Shown here piece by piece: positions 6,461 through 12,324 of a stretch of DNA of 13,030 nt. Below the pieces are notes generated by a model. The model was not told where the DNA came from, did no database searches, and worked only from the letters and a program-made list of their open reading frames with translations. Origin of the DNA: Corallococcus llansteffanensis (GTDB taxonomy: Bacteria > Myxococcota > Myxococcia > Myxococcales > Myxococcaceae); assembly GCF_003612055.1 (NCBI RefSeq), contig NZ_RAWB01000277.1:1-13030 (forward strand). Reading direction: 5' to 3'. The translations under genes and the position numbers were made by a program. The first letter of the stretch is position 1, and the number at the start of each line of letters is the position of its first letter.

Positions 6461-7372
6461 TCACGGGTCCGGGCGCTCCGCCCCCGGGTTCAGCCGGGGC
6501 GCGCCTCCCGGGCCCAGCAGGCCCTGCATGGCGTCGAAGAGGTTGAGGTTGGAGCCGCTGGGGAGGAAGACGACCTTGTCCAGGCCTCCCACGACGGCGG
6601 CCTGGGCCTGGGCCGCGACGGCCTTCACGAAGTTCTCCCCGCCCCCCAGCGCCTCCACGCGCTGGCGGAACTGCGAGGCCTCCACCTCGGCGAGCCGGGA
6701 CTGGCGCTCCACCTCCAGGTCGTTCAGGCGCTGCTGCCGCTCCAGGGCCATCTGGGTCGTCAGGCGCTCGCGCTCCAGCTCCGCCTCGGAGCGGATGCGG
6801 GAGGCGCGGGCGTCGGACTCGGCGCGGGCCAGGGCCTCCTCGCTCTCCACGCGGGCCTTCTCCAGCGACACGACGGTGACGGACTCGTCGGGCACGTAGC
6901 GACCGGGCCCGCGCACCAGCCACTCGTCGCCGGCCTCGCGGCGGCGGGGCGCGTCCGGGGCGCGTGCGTCCGTGAAGGCGGTGAGCGCGCGCAGGCGCAG
7001 CGCTTCCGACACGCCCAGCACGTACTCCGGGACGATGTCGCCCTCCAGCTCCTCGCCCGGATACAGCGGGAACACCTTGGGGCCGACGCGGACCTCGCGG
7101 TCCCCCACCGCCAGCCGGGCCTGGCCGAAGTCGTCCAGCACCACCTGGCCGTCCACGCGCACCACGGGGTTGCGCACCACGCACCAGTTGCCGGCGCCCA
7201 CCTCCACCATCCGCTCCTTGGCGACGAGCGTGAGGTGCGCCTCCAGGGTCAACACCCGGGGCCCCACCTCCATCAGCACCACCCCCCGGTTGGCGTCCTC
7301 GATGTATGCGTATTCGCGATTCTTCAGGGAGATGCGCTGGATGGCTTCGGTGCTGGGGAGGGCGGACGGCAC
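6461..7372 (-). CDS. Major vault protein (MVP)-like protein, 303 aa: MVP repeats 1 to ~3 fused through a short coiled coil to an MVP cap-helix/cap-ring-like C-terminus; repeats 4-9 and the shoulder domain are absent
   Basis: GTG start at 7372 (first in-frame start; no SD). The N-terminus aligns with human MVP repeats 1-3 and the C-terminus with the MVP cap-helix end (details in findings). The other-frame ORF 6393..7379 is Gly/Pro/Arg-rich shadow. GC about 75 %. Confidence 0.8.
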   Translation of the reverse strand: MPSALPSTEAIQRISLKNREYAYIEDANRGVVLMEVGPRVLTLEAHLTLVAKERMVEVGAGNWCVVRNPVVRVDGQVVLDDFGQARLAVGDREVRVGPKVFPLYPGEELEGDIVPEYVLGVSEALRLRALTAFTDARAPDAPRRREAGDEWLVRGPGRYVPDESVTVVSLEKARVESEEALARAESDARASRIRSEAELERERLTTQMALERQQRLNDLEVERQSRLAEVEASQFRQRVEALGGGENFVKAVAAQAQAAVVGGLDKVVFLPSGSNLNLFDAMQGLLGPGGAPRLNPGAERPDP

Positions 7373-7467
7373 GGGGCACCTGCTCGGGGCGGAGGGTTCA
7401 CCCGCGAGTCATTGCCAGCCGCGTGCCGCGCCCTGCCCGTCCTGAAACGATCCTGCGATGTTCCGAC

Positions 7468-7519
7468 CTGGAACAGCCGCCCGCTCCATTCCGGAGCGGG
7501 CGGCGGTCCAGACTGGCGC
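7468..7519. repeat. 52-nt imperfect hairpin repeat, copy A (CTGGAACAGCCGCCCGCTCCATTCCGGAGCGGGCGGCGGTCCAGACTGGCGC), immediately 3' of the minus-strand gene ending at 7525; terminator-like (11-bp stem, 5-nt loop), no U-tract
   Basis: 50/52 identical to copy B at 8824-8875. Core CCGCCCGCTCC/GGAGCGGGCGG stem plus outer CTGGA/TCCAG arms, read from the sequence. Confidence 0.6.
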
Positions 7520-7524
7520 GCCTT

Positions 7525-8700
7525 TCAGTCCTTGTGGATCCACACGAGCATGCGCGTCGCGTCATAGAGCACGAACCTGGCGTCCCGAAGGAAGGAATTG
7601 CCAACCTGCGCCGCCGGGGTGGTCCAGGTAGCAATCCCCCCACACTTGAGGCTTGCCGGCGTCGGTGTCTTGATGAACAGGTGGGCATCTCCATAGGAGC
7701 GCACGGGCTGATCGTCGGTGCCCATGAACTCCAGCCGCGCGCCTTCGGGAAGGAGAAACTCCTGGACCGTGTCGTTGGCCCCTCCGCACGCACTCAGCTG
7801 GCTGGGCGGCGTCCCGACCGGAACGGTTTTGACTCCCGCCTTGGTCAACATCTCAAGCAACGCCTTGTTGCCATAGAGGCTGTGCCTGACGATTGAATCA
7901 TCAAGCCCTGAGTCCAGCTGGCCTATGAAACGCGCCCCGCCCATCCGCAATGGAACGGTAGGCACGTTCGGCACAAGCTCACTGGCACCCGCGCCTGAAC
8001 GGAGCCGGGTCATGTTGAACAACCCCGAATCGTTGATCGCGAAGTAGCCGCGGGTTGTGAGCGGCCGCAACCCGGCACTCTTGAGCTGGTCGTCATCGCA
8101 CAAGGATCCAGAGCGATTCCGGAAGACAAGCGAGCGCTCATAGTCGAGCGCGAAGGTATTGAGCACCAGGAAGTCAGCCCCCACGATACCCGCCTGTCGC
8201 CCGACTGTCGGGTCTACTTTGTTGCCCGAGTGGTCAGCTTGTGCAAGGCACACGTTTCCCCATCCACCAAAGAAATCAAAGTTCCCAAAGCGGCAAAACG
8301 TGCCCGCGACTCCTGACTGGCAGAGGGTTTGATCTCGAGCGCAGTTATCAACAATCACCTCCGGCTCGTTCTGTCCGAACGCTTGGTGCGCCCGGTCAAT
8401 CGTGCTGTACGTCGAACCGAAGTCCAGCAGGAACCTACCCGTGAGCGGAGCGCCCGAGGGTGCCGACAACTTGACCTCAACAAATGGCCATTGGCCAGAC
8501 ACCCAGAGAGGTCTGCGCTCCCCCAGACACGCATCCAAGCTGGAGAACGGCCGACTGCTGGCGACTTCTGGCTGAGCAGGGGCGGCTTGTTCAGGTTTGT
8601 GGGCACAGGCAGGCAACAGCCAAAGCGCCAGCACTGCCGCGCCCAGGCGCCAAAGCAGCCCAGCGTCGAGACTGGCATACCCCTGTTTTTCGGCAGACAT
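7525..8700 (-). CDS. Lipoprotein (391 aa). Two D-x-G motifs ('LLDFGSTYS' and 'IGQLDSGLDDS') about 170 residues apart suggest a pepsin-like (A1) aspartic peptidase fold; function tentative
   Basis: ATG at 8700. 'LALWLLPAC' lipobox. Clearly lower GC (about 55-63 % per 60-nt line) than the neighbouring genes (about 70-78 %), with a less GC-biased third position. The spacing of the two Asp motifs resembles pepsin D32/D215. Confidence 0.7.
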   Translation of the reverse strand: MSAEKQGYASLDAGLLWRLGAAVLALWLLPACAHKPEQAAPAQPEVASSRPFSSLDACLGERRPLWVSGQWPFVEVKLSAPSGAPLTGRFLLDFGSTYSTIDRAHQAFGQNEPEVIVDNCARDQTLCQSGVAGTFCRFGNFDFFGGWGNVCLAQADHSGNKVDPTVGRQAGIVGADFLVLNTFALDYERSLVFRNRSGSLCDDDQLKSAGLRPLTTRGYFAINDSGLFNMTRLRSGAGASELVPNVPTVPLRMGGARFIGQLDSGLDDSIVRHSLYGNKALLEMLTKAGVKTVPVGTPPSQLSACGGANDTVQEFLLPEGARLEFMGTDDQPVRSYGDAHLFIKTPTPASLKCGGIATWTTPAAQVGNSFLRDARFVLYDATRMLVWIHKD

Positions 8701-8823
8701 GTACAGTCATCCCCCAGATGGTGATTGCGGCCAACACCCTAACACGAACACCGCGGCGGGGACGCTTGGTGCCCTCCCCGGTGAAGTGCAGTTCCTGGAA
8801 GCGGGCCCAGGAAGCCAGGGATG

Positions 8824-8875
8824 CTGGAACAGCCGCCCGCTCCATTCCGGCACGGGCGGCGGTCCAGACTGGCGC
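8824..8875. repeat. 52-nt hairpin repeat, copy B (…CATTCCGGCACGGGCGG…), immediately 3' of the GDSL lipase gene ending at 8886 and about 120 nt 5' of the low-GC lipoprotein gene
   Basis: Direct repeat of copy A in the same orientation. The two mismatches sit in the loop-proximal stem, leaving a 7-bp core stem plus outer arms. Confidence 0.6.
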
Positions 8876-8885
8876 ACCGGGGTGA

Positions 8886-9779
8886 CTACTGAGCGCTCCA
8901 CGCCTCCACGGTCCACTCGTCGGCGGAGAGGCCGGCGCTGAAGCCGAGGGCGTCGGAGACGAGGTCATGGCCGTAGTCCGCGAAGATGCGGTGGCTGTAG
9001 CTCGTGGGGTGGATCTCATCCCAGAACAGGTACGTGTCCGGGTTGACAGCCTTGCCCTTGCTGGTGCCGGTGACGTTCGTCAGGCCGTACGCGGACGGCG
9101 ACGCGATGATGGCGTTGAACTGGTTGTAGGCGTTCATCCCGATGAAGGTGACGGACGGGAAGTCCTGGCGCAGCTTCGTCAGCGATTGCGCCCACAGGGT
9201 GTTGAACTGGCTGGTGGGAGGAGCGAGCACGGTGGTGCCCAGGCCGCCCGGGACGGACAGCGCCGCCGGCGTCTTGTTCAAGGGCGGCATGTTCACCCAC
9301 AGGATGCGCTTCGCGCCCGCCGCGACGAGCTTGCGGATCTGCCCATTGATGTTGGAGACGGCCGTCGTCGCCGCGGCCTTGATGCCAGCCGAGTCGAACG
9401 GGTTCGCCTGGGCCTTGTAGTTGATGTCATTGCCCCCGCCCCAGAGGACATACAGCGCCGTGGAGGACGCCGTCGGGTGGGCCGCCAGGTAGCTGTTCAC
9501 CTGGCTCGTCATCCCGCTGGTGACGGCGCCGCCCCGGGCATAGTTCGTGCCGCCGCTGTCGGACGCCGTCAGGGGCAGGCCCAGCTGCGTAGCGAGCTGC
9601 TTCACCCAGGTGCCGGCAATCTGGCTGGAGGGATTCGTCGTCGGACCGCTGGTGGCGATGCCGTTGTTGCCGTTGTCACTCAGGCTGTCGCCAAACACGA
9701 CGATGCTGCTCTGCGCGCCAGCGTGGAACGGGAGGAGGACGGCCAAGATGGCCGCGAGCAACAGGAAGGGATGCTTCAT
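8886..9779 (-). CDS. Secreted GDSL/SGNH-family lipase/esterase (copy 1)
   Basis: ATG at 9779 (GAGGAG RBS upstream). An in-frame GTG at 9794 is the track start, but the ATG matches the paralog alignment. 'MKHPFLLLAAILAVLLPFHAGAQS' is a signal peptide. SGNH blocks: 'VVFGDSLSDNGN', 'YARGGA', 'WGGGNDI', 'DEIHPT'. The start ATG overlaps the upstream gene's stop TGA as ATGA. Confidence 0.85.
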   Translation of the reverse strand: MKHPFLLLAAILAVLLPFHAGAQSSIVVFGDSLSDNGNNGIATSGPTTNPSSQIAGTWVKQLATQLGLPLTASDSGGTNYARGGAVTSGMTSQVNSYLAAHPTASSTALYVLWGGGNDINYKAQANPFDSAGIKAAATTAVSNINGQIRKLVAAGAKRILWVNMPPLNKTPAALSVPGGLGTTVLAPPTSQFNTLWAQSLTKLRQDFPSVTFIGMNAYNQFNAIIASPSAYGLTNVTGTSKGKAVNPDTYLFWDEIHPTSYSHRIFADYGHDLVSDALGFSAGLSADEWTVEAWSAQ

Positions 9780-10672
9780 GGCTGCGCGCTCCACTCCTCA
9801 ACGGTCCACTCGTCGGCGGTGAAGCCGGCGCTGAAACCGAAGGCATCGGAGACGAGGTCGTACGCGTAGTTCGCGAAGATGCGGTGGCTGTAGCTCGTCG
9901 GGTGGATTTCATCCCAGAACAGGTACTTGTCCGGGTTGACCGCCTTGCCCTTGCAGGTGCCGGTGACGTTCGTCAGCCCATACGCGGACGGGGCCGCGAT
10001 GATGGCGTTGAACTTGTTGTAGGCGTTCATCCCGATGAACGTGACGGACGGGAACTCGCCGCGCAGCTTCGTCAGGGACTGGGACCAGAGCGTGTTGAAC
10101 TGGGAGCTGGGCGGCGAAAGCACGCTGCTGCCCAGGCCGAACGGGATGGACAGCGCCGCGGGCGTCTTGTGGAGCGGCGGCATGTTCACCCACAGGACGC
10201 GCTTCGCGCCCGCGGCGACGAGCTTGCGGATCTGCCCTTCGATGTTGGAGACGGCCTTGGTCGCCACGGCCTTGATGCCAGCCGAATCGAACGGGTTGTC
10301 CATCGCCTTGTGATGGATGTCGTTGCCGCCGCCCCAGAGGACATACAGCGCCGTGGACGACGCCGTCGGGTGGGCGGTGAGGTAGGCGTTGACCTGGTTC
10401 GTCATGTCGGCCGTGACCGAGCCGCCCTGCGCGTAGTTCGTGCCTCCCTCGTCAGAGGCCACGAGCGGCAGGTCCAGCTGGTCCGCGAGCTGTTTCACCC
10501 AGGGACCGGAGATCTGGCTGGAGGGATTCGTCGTCGGACCGCTCGTCGCGGTGCTGTACTTGCCGTTGTCACTCAGGCTGTCGCCAAACGCGACGATACT
10601 GCTCTGCGCGCCAGCGTGGAACGGGAGGAGGACCGCCAGGGCGGCCGCGAACGACAGGAAGGGATGTTTCAA
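9776..10672 (-). CDS. Secreted GDSL/SGNH-family lipase/esterase (copy 2, tandem paralog). Start uncertain: TTG at 10672 (aligned with the copy 1 start) or GTG at 10720
   Basis: Protein about 80 % identical to copy 1, with the same SGNH blocks ('VAFGDSLSDNGK', 'WGGGNDI', 'DEIHPT'). 'LKHPFLSFAAALAVLLPFHAGAQS' aligns with the copy 1 signal peptide. GGAG lies 8 nt upstream of the TTG. No in-frame ATG near the N-terminus. Confidence 0.8.
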   Translation of the reverse strand: MKHPFLSFAAALAVLLPFHAGAQSSIVAFGDSLSDNGKYSTATSGPTTNPSSQISGPWVKQLADQLDLPLVASDEGGTNYAQGGSVTADMTNQVNAYLTAHPTASSTALYVLWGGGNDIHHKAMDNPFDSAGIKAVATKAVSNIEGQIRKLVAAGAKRVLWVNMPPLHKTPAALSIPFGLGSSVLSPPSSQFNTLWSQSLTKLRGEFPSVTFIGMNAYNKFNAIIAAPSAYGLTNVTGTCKGKAVNPDKYLFWDEIHPTSYSHRIFANYAYDLVSDAFGFSAGFTADEWTVEEWSAQP

Positions 10673-10784
10673 GGAGGGCTCCGAGAGGGGGGAACACAGG
10701 CGTCTGCCGCACTGTGTCACCGATCTCGGAGCTTTTCCAGGTTTCTCTACGCTTCCATGTTTTATTCCGGATGTTTCAGCGGGC
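10673..10784 (-). promoter_or_regulatory. Putative promoter/leader of the tandem GDSL operon (AT-richer 'ttccatgttttattccggatgtttcagc') and 3' region of the upstream minus-strand gene
   Basis: Local AT enrichment between the stop at 10785 and the GDSL start. Inference only. Confidence 0.25.
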
Positions 10785-11474
10785 TCAGCCCCGCGCGGCG
10801 CGGGCGTCGCGGCCCTTGGCGCGGGCGGCCTTGGAGAGCAGGTCGGAGCCCTTCTCCTCGCCCTTCATCCACGCCTTCATCGCGGGGACGACCTGCTTGC
10901 TCCACGCGCGGCCGCCGCGCACGGCGAGGAAGGCCGTCACCAGCGCGTCCACCAGGGCGGAGAGCTGTTCGGTCAGCTCCAGGCGCTCGGTGAGCTGATC
11001 ATCCTCCTCCTCGGTCATCAGGGCGGGCAGCTTGGCGGCGCGGATGTCCAGGAACTCCGCATCCAGGGTGAGCTCGAACTCGCGCTCGCCGTGGGAGATG
11101 CGCAGCCGCGCCTGGGACACAAGCAGCCCCCGGTCCAGCGAGTGCCGCACGTTCTCCGAGTACGGAGCCAGCGTGCCGCGCGCGCTCAACTCCGTGACGT
11201 CACCGGCCACGCCGCGCAGCACCACCTTGCCCAGGTAGAGCGCCGTGACGGACGCGCCGTCGTGCTCCACCAGCGGGTCGCCGGACTCCGTGCGCCACAG
11301 CAGCCACGTCAGGAACTCGCGCCCCAGGTAGGCCCGGCCGCGCAGGAGCTGTTCGCGCGCCTTGCCCTGTTCGACCTCGGCCTCGTCCTTGACCTCTTCG
11401 GTCGAGCCACCATCCACGCCCACGTCGCCCCGGGCGAACGCCGCCTCGATCCGCGCCTGCTCACCCTTCGCCAT
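10785..11474 (-). CDS. Protein resembling the C-terminal half of recombination-associated protein RdgC (229 aa), with an acidic N-terminal extension
   Basis: ATG at 11474 with GGAGGACAGCC upstream, a strong SD. 'LGREFLTWLLWRTESGDPL…GKVVLRG…LRISHGEREFELTLDAEFLDIRAAKLP…DDQLTERLELTEQLSALVDALVTAFL' parallels E. coli RdgC 'LTLTEWVRSGSAPQGF…GGVIRAKK…[26 protein letters not shown]…[30 protein letters not shown]' (E. coli sequence recalled from memory). Overlaps the upstream ORF by 14 nt in a different frame. Confidence 0.6.
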   Translation of the reverse strand: MAKGEQARIEAAFARGDVGVDGGSTEEVKDEAEVEQGKAREQLLRGRAYLGREFLTWLLWRTESGDPLVEHDGASVTALYLGKVVLRGVAGDVTELSARGTLAPYSENVRHSLDRGLLVSQARLRISHGEREFELTLDAEFLDIRAAKLPALMTEEEDDQLTERLELTEQLSALVDALVTAFLAVRGGRAWSKQVVPAMKAWMKGEEKGSDLLSKAARAKGRDARAARG

Positions 11475-12111
11475 GGCTGTCCTCCACCGAAGCCGTCGCC
11501 GGCAGGTCCATTCCGATGAGCTCCGCCGTGGGGCCCAGGGCCTTGTCGTCGATGCCCGCGCGCTGCGCCATCGAGGCGGGCGTGATGCCAATCACCTTCA
11601 CCGCCAGGGCGCCTTCCAGGGCCACGGAGATCTCATCCACCGTCTTGCGGGACGCGGCCCAGATCTGCACCTGCTGCGTCTTCAGGTTCCACGTCACGTC
11701 CAGCACGCTGGTGCGCGGCACGGCCCGCTGCCGGAGCAGCTGCTTCAACTCCGCGCGCTGCTTGTTCTTCTCCGCGCGCGCGGGCGGGCGGCTGTTCTCC
11801 TTGGCGAAGGCGGAGGACCACTTGTCCAGCTCCGCCTTCATCATGGAGGCGGGGACCTTCAGGGTGTCGATGCGGAAGGCGAAGAGGGCGTACTCGCCAT
11901 AGAAGAGGTTGCTGGTGGAGAAGTCGGAGGCCTCCGCGTTCTCCAGCTCCACGAAACCGGCCGCGCGCTCATCTTCGGAGCGGCGGTCGATGGGCTCGAA
12001 CGCATGGGACTTGAGTCCCTTGGTCAGCCAGCGCTTCACGTCGGACGGCGCATCCTTGGCCGGCTCGGTCCGGAAGCGCGAAAAGGTCACGGCACCACGT
12101 AGGACAGGCAT
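11461..12111 (-). CDS. rdgC: RdgC-family (recombination-associated) protein, N-terminal two-thirds (216 aa)
   Basis: ATG at 12111 (no SD). 'MPVLRGAVTFSRFR…LKSHAFEPI…FAFRIDTLKVPASMMKAELDKW…RAEKNKQRAELKQLLRQRAVPRTSVLDVTWNLKTQQVQIWAASRKTVDEISVALEGALAVKVIGITP' aligns with E. coli RdgC residues about 1-180 ('MLWFKNLMVYRL…[23 protein letters not shown]…[69 protein letters not shown]'). The upstream in-frame extension to 12783 is Arg/Pro/Gly-rich non-coding shadow. Confidence 0.6.
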   Translation of the reverse strand: MPVLRGAVTFSRFRTEPAKDAPSDVKRWLTKGLKSHAFEPIDRRSEDERAAGFVELENAEASDFSTSNLFYGEYALFAFRIDTLKVPASMMKAELDKWSSAFAKENSRPPARAEKNKQRAELKQLLRQRAVPRTSVLDVTWNLKTQQVQIWAASRKTVDEISVALEGALAVKVIGITPASMAQRAGIDDKALGPTAELIGMDLPATASVEDSHGEG

Positions 12112-12324
12112 GGGGCGCGGGAGGATGGGGGGCCGGTGCCGTGGCGTCAAGGCACTCGGGGTGGCTGGACGCACTCGCGTGGGAATAGCCGGCGCACCCG
12201 GCCGTTGCGCGCCCGTCGTCCCTGCCCGGTCGCCCTCCGGGCCGTCTTCCCGTGCACGCCCGCCCGTCCCCGCCGGCCGGAAACCATGACACTCCCAGGC
12301 ACGCGACATACGGTGGCCGCCGCC
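12112..12324. promoter_or_regulatory. Divergent intergenic region between the rdgC-like gene (minus) and the PBP4-like gene (plus)
   Basis: Bounded by two divergent start codons. Very GC-rich, with no recognisable SD for either gene. Confidence 0.3.

Noticed and set aside
6393-7379. 328-aa minus-strand ORF overlapping the MVP-like gene in another frame
   Set aside because: Gly/Pro/Arg-rich low-complexity translation typical of off-frame reading of high-GC coding DNA; the MVP-like frame has clear homology.
7468-8875. The 52-nt repeat pair considered as terminal inverted repeats of an IS or MITE, or as integron attC sites
   Set aside because: Copies are in direct, not inverted, orientation. 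No transposase or integrase ORF lies between or beside them. The ends do not match attC R''/R' core consensus. Kept as a finding under other interpretations.
10695-10717. Weak 6-bp inverted repeat ACACAG-n11-CTGTGT downstream of the rdgC-like C-terminal gene, as a possible terminator
   Set aside because: Short stem, large loop, no U-tract; not distinguishable from chance in GC-rich DNA.
8967-10993. Long plus-strand ORFs (8967..9869, 9884..10993, 10440..11519) antisense to the GDSL lipase and rdgC-like genes
   Set aside because: Arg/Gly/Asp/Val-rich shadow ORFs; the minus-strand frames have complete SGNH catalytic blocks and RdgC similarity.
12286-12324. Upstream in-frame ATG (12286) as the start of the PBP4-like gene
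   Set aside because: Not rejected outright, but 12325 gives a canonical short lipoprotein signal peptide (MRR + hydrophobic core + LSAC). The 12286 start would add a 13-aa non-hydrophobic leader. Kept as an alternative.
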